Source: a virus
Taxonomy: Duplodnaviria > Caudoviricetes
DNA: 60,653 nucleotides
Virus record (IMG/VR): IMGVR_UViG_3300014658_000001
Location: 1-60,653 of that record
Reading direction: 5' to 3' (one strand)
Shown here: positions 14,034 to 23,200 of the stretch, piece by piece
Numbering within the stretch: position 1 is the stretch's first letter
How the letters are laid out: every line of letters starts with the position of its first letter
Made by a program: the position numbers and the translations under genes
The notes under the pieces: generated by a model
Seen by the model: the letters and a program-made list of their open reading frames with translations, nothing else
What the model was told of the DNA's origin: nothing
The model's database searches: none

Positions 14034-14455
14034 AAGACATCATTCGCTATGACTTCCGCAATGTAGGTCAATCCAGTACCTACGCCAGCCCTACGGGAGA
14101 TTGGTGCAAGTGGACCGATGTGGAAGCGCTCCAAGCCGAGCTGCGCGACAGCTGCGCTTTACTGCTCGCCGCAATCCACTTGTTACCCGAAGACGCCACG
14201 ATGGGTGAGTTGATTGAGCTCCGTGTGGAGGCCAGAGAGGTTTTATTAGGAAAAGACAAGAAGACGATATCGCGGCTTGAGGATCAAATTACTGCGCTCC
14301 AACTGGAGTTGGACAACGCCAAAAAGCCTGACTTACCCGGAGTGTCCGAAGTGTTAGGGTTTTACAACAAGACCGGCCCAAAGTACCCCTTGGCATTCGA
14401 ATCTATACAACGCGACGTGAGGGGAAATTTCGTCATCGAGGTCAGACTACCGTGA
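14030..14455 (+). CDS. Hypothetical coiled-coil protein
   Basis: Start MKDIIRYDF at ATGA overlap. Confidence 0.65.
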   Translation: MKDIIRYDFRNVGQSSTYASPTGDWCKWTDVEALQAELRDSCALLLAAIHLLPEDATMGELIELRVEAREVLLGKDKKTISRLEDQITALQLELDNAKKPDLPGVSEVLGFYNKTGPKYPLAFESIQRDVRGNFVIEVRLP

Positions 14456-14796
14456 TCGTGCGCAAGCTCGTAAAAGTTTCATTCCCTGCGGTACCCGCGG
14501 GACAATCGCGTCGAGGCGCCATCACTTCGCAGCAGGTTGAGATTACTGAGCCTGACGAGCCGGTGAAAGAAACTCCTAAACCGCAGCGTCAACTGGCTTA
14601 CGCACTCGTGAAACCCCGCGCGGTTGAAGGTTATGTCACCTTGACGCAGCTCGCAGCGGAGCGAGGGATGCAATCGCAGCTCGCACGGCTCTACATGCAG
14701 CGTGCGGGAATCAATAAGCCTGTCGAGGGGTGGCGTTGGAAGACAGGGTCAAAGCGCTTGGGGAAAATACGTCGCGCACTGGGGTTACGCCCGTGA
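14452..14796 (+). CDS. Putative HTH DNA-binding protein
   Basis: YVTLTQLAAERGMQSQLARLYMQRAG..WRW. Confidence 0.55.
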   Translation: MIVRKLVKVSFPAVPAGQSRRGAITSQQVEITEPDEPVKETPKPQRQLAYALVKPRAVEGYVTLTQLAAERGMQSQLARLYMQRAGINKPVEGWRWKTGSKRLGKIRRALGLRP

Positions 14797-15050
14797 AATT
14801 CCGTGAACATCGCGGCACGCTTGCCGATGCGATGCAGACCTGCGTAGAACTTCCTGATCGTGCCGCACTCATCACACACTGCCGTAAGTTGTTTGAAGCA
14901 TTTCCTACGGCTCCCCTAATCGACAACCGCACCATAAAAGTAATGCTATACATGACCGACCCGGACACGCGCATCGGTTGGGACAATACGTACATCGTCA
15001 CCCTCAAAAATTATGGCGTGCTCGGCTTTACGGATGGATTACCCCCATGA
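14793..15050 (+). CDS. Hypothetical phage protein
   Basis: GTG start MKFREHRGTLADAM..DTRIGWDNTYIV..GVLGFTDG. Confidence 0.65.
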   Translation: MKFREHRGTLADAMQTCVELPDRAALITHCRKLFEAFPTAPLIDNRTIKVMLYMTDPDTRIGWDNTYIVTLKNYGVLGFTDGLPP

Positions 15051-15156
15051 CGCTATTTTTTGTAGGTCTAGGGGCTTTCATCGTCGGGTACTTGATGGGT
15101 GAAGCGCGTCAGTTCATTCGGTTCTATCGGATGATGGAAAAGCGGAGGTGGAAGCT

Positions 15157-15597
15157 GTGAGTGAAGCGTCATTTTGGAAGTACCTCGTGAAGCTACTACC
15201 CAAAGAGGGGCATTACAGCAGGGTAGAGTCGCACAACACCTCAGCGGGGTTTCCAGACGTGCACTACACACTGGAAGGGCACAGCGGCACCATCGAACTC
15301 AAGGATGCGAAGCGTCCCGGGTCTAAGTACCCTTTCAGCGGGCAGAGCGGACTACGCAAGAGCCAGATCACGTGGATGACGTGGGAGTGCGATGCCGGCG
15401 GACACGTATTTCTAGCCCTTCAGTGCGGTGACCGGGTATACGTTCTGAAAGCGGATATGTACTTTGATGAGCTGCACCGCATGACAGAGGATCAGATTGC
15501 CCGGGTCGCGGATCAGCGGTGGGTAAAAGACCTGAAAGGCCGCGCACGCGATGACTTGATAGCGGCGCTAGGAAACCTGTTGGTGGACACTCCATGA
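15157..15597 (+). CDS. VRR-NUC-like PD-(D/E)XK nuclease / Holliday junction resolvase
   Basis: MSEASFW..RVE..AGFPDV..IELK..LRKSQITW..AGG. Confidence 0.8.
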   Translation: MSEASFWKYLVKLLPKEGHYSRVESHNTSAGFPDVHYTLEGHSGTIELKDAKRPGSKYPFSGQSGLRKSQITWMTWECDAGGHVFLALQCGDRVYVLKADMYFDELHRMTEDQIARVADQRWVKDLKGRARDDLIAALGNLLVDTP

Positions 15598-16004
15598 GAA
15601 CCGAACACCAAAAGAAGTTACAGACGGAGTTGGATGCACTCAACAAGGAAGTCGAAGATACCCTCGCCAAACGTACCACTTGGATGAATGCGCACATGGA
15701 AGACTTCTCTGACTTCAAAGTCGGGGACGAGGTGTACAACCCTAATACCGGAACATTGTTGGGCGTTGTATCCCGACTTTACCGATACCATCAAGACGGT
15801 GATCCGCGGTATGACGACCACATGGACGTCGAAATCGAGTATCGCATGACGGGCAGCAAAAATTGTTTCGACAACAGCTCGCGCCATGCGGGTGGAGGCC
15901 CGAGCTTCGGTACCCGCGAAGACGCTTTGCAAACTGCAAAGAGCCGCGCAGAGTATCTTGCCTGGAAAGCGCGGGGTAGCGACTGGAGCGAATTCTTTAA
16001 ATGA
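15594..16004 (+). CDS. Hypothetical protein
   Basis: Coupled ORF. Confidence 0.65.
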   Translation: MRTEHQKKLQTELDALNKEVEDTLAKRTTWMNAHMEDFSDFKVGDEVYNPNTGTLLGVVSRLYRYHQDGDPRYDDHMDVEIEYRMTGSKNCFDNSSRHAGGGPSFGTREDALQTAKSRAEYLAWKARGSDWSEFFK

Positions 16005-16261
16005 CTATTTTTCAGGTACCCAAAAGCGTGTTTGTCCCCCTGGAATTCGACACCCAAACACGCAAGTGGAGCAAGCGCGATGATCTGCCGCGCTTCCGCG
16101 AGCCTGAAGAGGCTGCACAGTACATCGTAGACCACCCGACACTGTTCCACAAAGACGGAAAGCCCGTGTTCATCCAGTGGCAGGAGCGGGATGAGGCGGT
16201 GCTCATCAAAGAGTACCTGCAAGGTGTAGGTACCCTGGAATGGCTATCCTTGAGGCACTAA
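16001..16261 (+). CDS. Hypothetical protein
   Basis: Coupled ORF. Confidence 0.6.
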   Translation: MTIFQVPKSVFVPLEFDTQTRKWSKRDDLPRFREPEEAAQYIVDHPTLFHKDGKPVFIQWQERDEAVLIKEYLQGVGTLEWLSLRH

Positions 16262-16264
16262 CAT

Positions 16265-16462
16265 ATGACCGAACAGGAATATATCGACGCCACCAACCTC
16301 GCCAAACTGCGCACCGCGAAGGTGATAGTCTACGATTGTCTGCCCACGACAGAGCATGAAGAAACTCACCAGCTCGAAATCAGTCGCGCGCTCGCCAAGT
16401 GGATAGACCATCTGGAGAACAAAGTGCGCCTCAATGGCCAGCCCGCTGATTCCGATTCATGA
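16265..16462 (+). CDS. Hypothetical protein
   Basis: ORF with GAGG RBS. Confidence 0.6.
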   Translation: MTEQEYIDATNLAKLRTAKVIVYDCLPTTEHEETHQLEISRALAKWIDHLENKVRLNGQPADSDS

Positions 16463-17123
16463 CCCACCCAAATCCCACACGGGCTCGCAGTCTTCCACCA
16501 GCGAAGCCGCGACGACCCTGATGCGACAGGACGAGACGACCAGGGCCGCCGTGCGTTGCTCATGTGGTCATTCAGATCGGTCGCATTTCATCGGATCGAC
16601 TGACATTAAAGGTCCGTGCGGCGTTTGCTCCTGCATGGAATGGTTACCGGAGGAACCGACAGAAAGCCGTCTGACATCGACGGCCCCGCACGGGGAGCCC
16701 GGGTTAACAGGCTCCCCACCCTCTTCCGAGAGAGCCTACAGCGATTACGGATGCATCAGCGGACGATCGCCGGTCGAGACGTCCGAACACCGAGACACCG
16801 CGCGGCTCCGCTGGCTCGCGAATACGGTCCTTTGCACCGACTATGGCGATAACACTCACCCCAACAAGCTGATCGGCTGGCGCGTGATGGAATTTAGCGC
16901 TCCGGTGATCTATGGGAAGACGCTTGAAGAGGCGATCGACGCCGGCATGGATGACGAGTTCCACCGCCGAAGGACACGGCGCGTGAAGCCGCCCATCGAA
17001 GATCTGGAGAAGATCCTCAAGAGCGAGGACTCGACACCGGTTCAGATCCTTCCAGACGGTTCGGTCCGTGAAATAACACCGGAGGAACCGACAGCAACTA
17101 CTGAGCCCCCACAGTCGGCATGA
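16434..17123 (+). CDS. Hypothetical protein, last gene of the right arm
   Basis: CSCGH..H..CGVCSC cluster and DTARLRWL motif; overlaps the convergent gene. Confidence 0.55.
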   Translation: MASPLIPIHDPPKSHTGSQSSTSEAATTLMRQDETTRAAVRCSCGHSDRSHFIGSTDIKGPCGVCSCMEWLPEEPTESRLTSTAPHGEPGLTGSPPSSERAYSDYGCISGRSPVETSEHRDTARLRWLANTVLCTDYGDNTHPNKLIGWRVMEFSAPVIYGKTLEEAIDAGMDDEFHRRRTRRVKPPIEDLEKILKSEDSTPVQILPDGSVREITPEEPTATTEPPQSA

Positions 17124-17742
17124 GCGTACGATCAGTATCCGCGTTTACCACGCCCGTCAGGTTGCGCGTCGCTGGCGCAATCCCCGTCGACGCACGCAGT
17201 GACTGAGCTGCCTGCTGCACGACAGGGTGTTGCATGGCCTCAGGGGAGGCACGCAACGTCGCAGCGGCTGAGGAGGCATCGCGATTGGCTAGATGTGACA
17301 GCGCATCCTTGATCGCACTGATCGCTCGCGCACCGAGCTGTACCTCGCCTCCATCCGCGAAGTGACGCATCCGGCCGCCCATCGCAGCCTTGATCGTCGG
17401 CAGGTGCAGCCGCGCCCCGGCCATATGTTGATCAATGTTGCGCAATGCGCCCTCGATAGGAATGTGAGGCATGCGCAGGTGACCCACACCGCCCATAGGT
17501 TGGCCCATCTTGGGCAACGTTGAGCGCATCTGCATCGGGTTGCCCACGAGGGATGCTAAGGGTGAGATAGGTCCACCCGCTGCGTGATGTTGCATAGCGT
17601 GACTCAATAGGGCTGAGCCCTTGTCGGCTTGGTTGAAATCGCGCGCTACCGCTTGTGACGGTGCGTGTTTCAGGTTAGATGGTCGCCAACCATGCGCAAT
17701 AGCGGCCATGAGTCGCGCCTGGGGTTCCGAGGTAGAAGGCAC
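17098..17742 (-). CDS. Putative virion/ejection-associated protein
   Basis: MPSTSEPQARLMAAIAH N-terminus; three xAxGG motifs. Confidence 0.65.
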   Translation of the reverse strand: MPSTSEPQARLMAAIAHGWRPSNLKHAPSQAVARDFNQADKGSALLSHAMQHHAAGGPISPLASLVGNPMQMRSTLPKMGQPMGGVGHLRMPHIPIEGALRNIDQHMAGARLHLPTIKAAMGGRMRHFADGGEVQLGARAISAIKDALSHLANRDASSAAATLRASPEAMQHPVVQQAAQSLRASTGIAPATRNLTGVVNADTDRTLMPTVGAQ

Positions 17743-17743
17743 T

Positions 17744-20683
17744 TTAGCTTCCCCCAGCAGGTGCGGGTTGTTCTGGGCTGCTGCCCGTGGACCAGTTGAG
17801 GAGCTTACTCAGCGTCGTACCCTTTGGTGCCAATTTCGCCGCACCCATCGGGGCTACCATGGACGGATCGGTGACCATATCCGCAATCGTGTCCCCCAGG
17901 CCCTTGGCAGGGGCTACGCCGGCCGACTGCTGCATCCGCTGCTTGAGCTGCCCTAATCGGTTTGAAGCGTCTTGGGACCATTGAGGATCGATGGAATCCC
18001 AGAATTTAGGGTTGCTCTGCCCGGGCAGGTACTTGTCGATCGTTTTGCCCAGCTGCACGAGGTTGTGAGGAGTCGAGGTGAGCGCATCGAGCACGCCCGC
18101 AGGGGTACCCCCTTGGGTACTCGTCCACGCCCGCCCCCCGAGTGCGGGGTTGCCCTTGTCATCCAATCCGTAAGCCAAACTTGCGAGGTTCGTTACGACA
18201 CGCGCGCGGTGCTCCGCATTGGGGTCGGTGCCTGAGGGGTTGTCAAGACGACGGGCAAGGTCTGCGAGCTTGCGCACAGTGGATTGGCTGTCATCCACAG
18301 CGCCCCCGTCAGCCATCGCCTGAGGCGCTGTGAGGAACCCGGGCTGCAGGGGGTTCTGGGGCGTGCTGGGGGGAAGGGAAGGTCCCTGAGGGGCTGTAGC
18401 TGCGGCAGGAAGGGGCCCATCCGGGGACTGCACCAAGGGTATCTTGGGCGCACGGTCTCCGATCGCTGCGTTGCGAGCTGCACGTTGAGCGGCGATTTCG
18501 TCCAGGTACTGGCCGATCTTCTCAATCAGCTCCACCCGACCCCCGCCAGCCAGCCCCTGAGTCGTCTGGGGGGCCTGCCCGGGTTGAGGAGGCGAGTTCT
18601 GCGACTCGTGCAGGCTCACGAGGTCTGCCAACTGGCGCGCGGTGTCTTCCATCGACTGCGCACGCTGCGCGATCGTCACCGTGCCCCCGTCCGCATAATT
18701 TCCAGAAGAGGGTACCTGAGGGTGACTTACCGTATCGTTAACCACGGAATTTTCCATCCCCTCTCTCGCGGCCTGCAGGTTCCGCTGAGGCAAACCGATG
18801 ACGTAGTCTTTGAGTGCCGCAATTGCATCTTTCAACGCACCGCCTACCCCCGGGGAACCCGGAGAGGAGCTCCGCACCTCACCCCCCTCGGCATAGCCCC
18901 GATCGCGGCGCTCAAGCGCTGCGCGCAACCGTGCGATGGGGTCACCGCTGTTGGCGCCCGGGGCGTCAATACTCAGATCCCCTGCGACTTTGCGCAGCCT
19001 GTCCGCGGCGAGTTGGTTGCGGAAATTGTTCTGCGCATCAGAGGGTACCTGAGGGGTAAACTCCGTCAGCTCAGGCGCTCCGGAAGGGGTGCGCATATTG
19101 GGACCCTTCGGCGACTGCGGCGCCGGCCGGTACCCTGATTGAATCCCCGCGACAGGTTTACCTTGTGTGCCACCCTGTTCGAGTACGTTTTCAAAGGGGA
19201 CTCCTTGAGCAGCCGCAAGACTCGGCGTGCTTTGCGGCGCAAGGGAGAAATCGCCCCACTTCTGTGGTCCCTGGAAGTCAATCGACTGAGCCGGGCGCTC
19301 AGGAGCTTGCGCCAACTGCTCGCGCAACGCCTGCAGACGCGCCGCAGCAGGGTGTTGAGAAGCTGCGGCCTGCACATCTGGGGTGAGCCCCAGATCACGC
19401 AGCGTGTTGGCCGTACTCGCACCTCCGCCAGCACTCACCAGGTCAGGTGAGGGTAAATAGCCCCCGAATTTAGGCGGCGGAGCAGGTGGCGGAGGGGAGA
19501 AGCTGCCGGCGGCGCGGGCTGGAAAGGCCTGGTTAGCCTGCGCAATAGCCGCCTCACGGTCACCTACGAGTGAGCGACGAGCCAGATTCCCCAGTGCGGG
19601 ACGAATCCACGAGACGGGGTCTTTCAGGCTGATGTCGGACAGATCCCGCGCAGCGCTGGGGGGACTATACCGGGTAGCTTCCGAAGGTAGCGCTGCCACT
19701 TCCGGGTGCGCATCTCCGAAGTCCGCCAGCAACTTCATGCCCCCATCCAACACCCCGGGGTCAGCCCGCTGCGCACGAGCCAGGGCTTTCAAGTCAACAT
19801 CCCCCCCGCGTAGCGCGCTTTGCACCGTGAAGTTCTTGGCCAGCGTTTTACGGGCGTCCTGGAACTGCTGCAATGTAACATCCGCATCGTTCGGTATGTT
19901 ACGCCCGATGTGGTCTTCGATAGCCCGGGAGATGCCGAGTTGCGCACGTCCCAACTGCTGGGCACTCACATCGTCGGAAGCGACGTTCGTAAACCCTTCC
20001 TGACGCAGCCCGCGGACCTCATTGATGAATTGCTGCCCGGTAAAAGTGCGGTTGGGGTCCAGCAACTGGGCTTTCAAATCGTTGATTTGCGCCAGGGCCT
20101 CAGGGCTACCCTTAGTCATTCGACCACCGGCAGGTGAGCCCGCAGTCTGAATCGCCTGCTGCGCGTCCGCATCCAGTCCAGAAGTAGGGAGCGCTTTACC
20201 CACCCGATCGTATACGTCCCCCGGAGCGCGACGGGCATCCGCCAGGATGTCATGCGAGAGGACAGGCGCCTGAGCTGCGGGGATTCCCGCCTCGTTAGCG
20301 GCAATCGTGCGGCTGACTTCCGCGGTGTGCAGGCGCAACGCTTCTTGACCCGAAGAACCGGCAAGCGTGCGCGCAATCGGACTGTCCTGTGCCGTGCGCA
20401 GTCCGGCTTGCTCAAACAGGGGCACCTCAGCGGCTTTGTTACTCGCGCGAGCCGCCATGTTCTCCACCATGGAGCGCAGCTCCGGGTATTTGAGAGCCAG
20501 CGCACCCGCTCCCGTGGCTAACGCACCTGCCCCCCACTTTTCCAGCGTGGACATTCCCCCGTTATCTGCAGGAGTTACCGCCGCGCCTTTGGGAACTGCA
20601 GGTGTTGAACCATCCACGCCCGCACTATGCGCAGCCGCTAGGAGCTGCTCGTCGGTCATGTTGCTGTAGTCAGGCTCTGCCAT
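17744..20683 (-). CDS. Large putative DNA ejection (internal virion) protein, 979 aa
   Basis: Ala/Pro/Gln-rich; position after tail genes; four xAxGGxV motifs. Confidence 0.7.
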   Translation of the reverse strand: MAEPDYSNMTDEQLLAAAHSAGVDGSTPAVPKGAAVTPADNGGMSTLEKWGAGALATGAGALALKYPELRSMVENMAARASNKAAEVPLFEQAGLRTAQDSPIARTLAGSSGQEALRLHTAEVSRTIAANEAGIPAAQAPVLSHDILADARRAPGDVYDRVGKALPTSGLDADAQQAIQTAGSPAGGRMTKGSPEALAQINDLKAQLLDPNRTFTGQQFINEVRGLRQEGFTNVASDDVSAQQLGRAQLGISRAIEDHIGRNIPNDADVTLQQFQDARKTLAKNFTVQSALRGGDVDLKALARAQRADPGVLDGGMKLLADFGDAHPEVAALPSEATRYSPPSAARDLSDISLKDPVSWIRPALGNLARRSLVGDREAAIAQANQAFPARAAGSFSPPPPAPPPKFGGYLPSPDLVSAGGGASTANTLRDLGLTPDVQAAASQHPAAARLQALREQLAQAPERPAQSIDFQGPQKWGDFSLAPQSTPSLAAAQGVPFENVLEQGGTQGKPVAGIQSGYRPAPQSPKGPNMRTPSGAPELTEFTPQVPSDAQNNFRNQLAADRLRKVAGDLSIDAPGANSGDPIARLRAALERRDRGYAEGGEVRSSSPGSPGVGGALKDAIAALKDYVIGLPQRNLQAAREGMENSVVNDTVSHPQVPSSGNYADGGTVTIAQRAQSMEDTARQLADLVSLHESQNSPPQPGQAPQTTQGLAGGGRVELIEKIGQYLDEIAAQRAARNAAIGDRAPKIPLVQSPDGPLPAAATAPQGPSLPPSTPQNPLQPGFLTAPQAMADGGAVDDSQSTVRKLADLARRLDNPSGTDPNAEHRARVVTNLASLAYGLDDKGNPALGGRAWTSTQGGTPAGVLDALTSTPHNLVQLGKTIDKYLPGQSNPKFWDSIDPQWSQDASNRLGQLKQRMQQSAGVAPAKGLGDTIADMVTDPSMVAPMGAAKLAPKGTTLSKLLNWSTGSSPEQPAPAGGS

Positions 20684-20684
20684 A

Positions 20685-22082
20685 TCATTGCGTCCCGGGC
20701 TGAGGGGCTGTCTTCTGTCGGATCATATCGATCAAGGCTTGCCGCTGCTCAACCGTCAGTGCGTCCGAGGGGTGTGCGTAGCCTAAAGCGTCACGGGTGC
20801 GAGGAGTGAGGAACCGAGTCTCAAAATCAGTCGGATGGGAAGGCAACTGCTCGTAAGCATTCTTGGTCCCATCGACCTGAGTCTTCAAGAAGTTCATATA
20901 TGCGCGAATCGCACCCGCAGCTTGCTCAGGTGACGTGGCGGTTGAGAAATTGTGGGTGAATTCCTGGCGCTCCGTCACGCCGCCACCCCCGGGGACAATA
21001 GACTTCGTCAGTTCGTCCCCCAGGATAGGCGCTACTGCCTTGATATCGGTTGGCGCTTCACTTCCAAACCACGTCTTGACTTTATTTTTGGCGGCGTTTA
21101 CGAGCTGGCTATCCCCGTTACTCAGCCCGTTGAAAATATCCATATAGTCACCCAGGTGACCCACGACACGGTTGGTACTCAACAACGCGGTGCCGAGCTT
21201 GCCGCCCGGGGTGAAGTCATTCTCCGCCTTCTGCTGGCTCTTGAGCAGCTGTGAGTTCGCCAGGATTTGCGCGTCTGTCTTACCCTCAGTCGCTGCGCGG
21301 TCCGCAATCTTGCCCATGATCACATTGACTAACGCAGGGTTGCGGGAGTACCCGGAGGGCAACGCGTGGCTGTTGTTCCAGTACTGGTACAGGTAATCCA
21401 TCGTTGGATCATCCAGGCTAGCTGTTGTGGGGGTAGCCGGATTACCGTAGGGTTTCACCGCGCCACTCACGGGGTCAAATATGACCGGCTGCTTGCCTTC
21501 TGATGTGTCAATCATCTGCAGTTTCAACTGTGACGCGGGCTCTTTGGGAGGCTGCGCAGTTGCTTTCATGGCGACATCGAGCATAGAAGCCTGATTGCGC
21601 TCGCGCAACTCCTGCAGGGCAAGTTTGGCTTTCAGCGATTGCTGATCCACTCCTGACAATTGCTCTGCAAGGGCGTCATCCTGCGTGCTCTGCTGCTGTT
21701 GGAACTGATTGTTCTGCTGGCGCCAATCAGCCACCGCACCCGCCGCGTTACTCAACTGATTGGACATTCCGCCACCATAACGCGACGGGGCCAACATGGC
21801 CTGAGCCACTCGGAAACCCAGCACACTCGGGTCCATCCGCTGAGCGGCTAAGTGCTCCCGGGCCTGTCGCAGGGTCTGACGGGCATTTTCTGCACTCGCT
21901 TCGTAATCCTGGAATATCGACGCCTCACCCCTAGTGTCGACTCCCTCCGGGTGCGCTTTGAGGTAGTCCTCGCCCCAGGCTCGCCCTGCTGGGGTAACCG
22001 GAGGAGCCTGCAATGCGTCTAGCGCACCCGCAGGTTGAGTGTCGTCGGCTCCCGCATCTGGGCTGTCATCGTCCGCGGCCAT
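20685..22082 (-). CDS. Putative DNA ejection protein
   Basis: Helical, Gln/Ala-rich; synteny. Confidence 0.7.
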   Translation of the reverse strand: MAADDDSPDAGADDTQPAGALDALQAPPVTPAGRAWGEDYLKAHPEGVDTRGEASIFQDYEASAENARQTLRQAREHLAAQRMDPSVLGFRVAQAMLAPSRYGGGMSNQLSNAAGAVADWRQQNNQFQQQQSTQDDALAEQLSGVDQQSLKAKLALQELRERNQASMLDVAMKATAQPPKEPASQLKLQMIDTSEGKQPVIFDPVSGAVKPYGNPATPTTASLDDPTMDYLYQYWNNSHALPSGYSRNPALVNVIMGKIADRAATEGKTDAQILANSQLLKSQQKAENDFTPGGKLGTALLSTNRVVGHLGDYMDIFNGLSNGDSQLVNAAKNKVKTWFGSEAPTDIKAVAPILGDELTKSIVPGGGGVTERQEFTHNFSTATSPEQAAGAIRAYMNFLKTQVDGTKNAYEQLPSHPTDFETRFLTPRTRDALGYAHPSDALTVEQRQALIDMIRQKTAPQPGTQ

Positions 22083-22084
22083 CC

Positions 22085-23200
22085 CTATGCACTCCTGTGC
22101 TTAGCAACCTGCTCCAGGGGGCTGCGCTGACGCTGCGCCTTGCGACGGATGGAGCCGCCGCGGGCTGAGCCCCCTAACGCCGTACCTACCGCGCCGGAGT
22201 TCAGTCCAGAGTAGAGCCCGATTGCCTGACTCAACGGGGATGCTCCCGTGGAAGGAGCGTACGAGGTCTGCGAGCCTTGAGTATTTCCCGGCACGGTTGT
22301 GGGGGTAGCGGTGCCGCTCATCATCTGGGAGAGCCACGACTCCTGTTGATAGGGGTACTGCTCCTGGTTCAGGAAATTCTGTTGTGCCGTGTTGAGGTTT
22401 TCCTGGTTGAGGTTTTGTTCTTCTCCCCCAACCGTATCGAGTGCACCCGCACCCTGCAAGCCCAGATTCTGACCGGTAGTCGCAAGGCTGCCCAGCGTGC
22501 TCGCACCTTGTAACCCCAGAGTGCCCTGCTCGTATCCCAACCCGCCACCGATTTGCGCGAGTGCACCTTCTTCGCTTGCGCCTTGCAAGCCCGCATTCTG
22601 CGCAGCTGTGTAAGCAGAACCGAGTGCGGCATCGCCCGTAGACTGGATACTTTCGGCAAGCTGATTGGCGCCTTGCGTCTGTGCACGCAGATCCGCAGAC
22701 GAGCCTGATTGACCCGCTGCGGCGTACTGCTGCTGAATCGAAGGCTGCAGCTGATTCTGGAAAAACTGACTGGCCTGCGTCTCCGCCGCTCCGATCACGT
22801 TCTGCGCGTAAGGATTCATCTGCGCAGCCGTGGGAGCCAGCGCGCCCTGGACCATGCTCTGCGCCTGCGGCAAAGTCCCCAGAGCACTGTTGATCGCGGA
22901 AGGATTAGCCGAAGAGGACGCCAACCCCTCAGCACTGTTGATAGTAGGCTGGTATTGCCCTTGCAGCCCCGCGACGGCACCTTGCGCGTTGGTTTGGTCC
23001 TGGGTGAATCCCGCCACTTGCGGGCCGCTGTAGGTCTGATACGGCTGGGATGCGAGGGCTGCGGACTGAGCCAAGATGCCTTGCGAGTAGTCCTGCAACC
23101 ACGTCGGTACGTTACTCGTGCTCTGCGAGTAATTGGTGCCCTGCGTCGGAGTGGAGCCTTGATATAAAAAGCTCAGCGGGCTACCTGAGGTACTGCTCAC
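22085..23200 (-). CDS. Putative DNA transfer/pilot protein
   Basis: VPTWLQDY..PYQTYSGPQVAGFTQDQ; Gln/Gly/Ala-rich. Confidence 0.7.
   Translation of the reverse strand: MSSTSGSPLSFLYQGSTPTQGTNYSQSTSNVPTWLQDYSQGILAQSAALASQPYQTYSGPQVAGFTQDQTNAQGAVAGLQGQYQPTINSAEGLASSSANPSAINSALGTLPQAQSMVQGALAPTAAQMNPYAQNVIGAAETQASQFFQNQLQPSIQQQYAAAGQSGSSADLRAQTQGANQLAESIQSTGDAALGSAYTAAQNAGLQGASEEGALAQIGGGLGYEQGTLGLQGASTLGSLATTGQNLGLQGAGALDTVGGEEQNLNQENLNTAQQNFLNQEQYPYQQESWLSQMMSGTATPTTVPGNTQGSQTSYAPSTGASPLSQAIGLYSGLNSGAVGTALGGSARGGSIRRKAQRQRSPLEQVAKHRSA

Noticed and set aside
13850-14455. Poly-Val/Ala, poly-Thr and Asp-His/Arg ORFs over the hexamer repeat
   Set aside because: By-products of a stop-free repeat; the ATGA overlaps support the Ser-X frame and a separate start at 14030.
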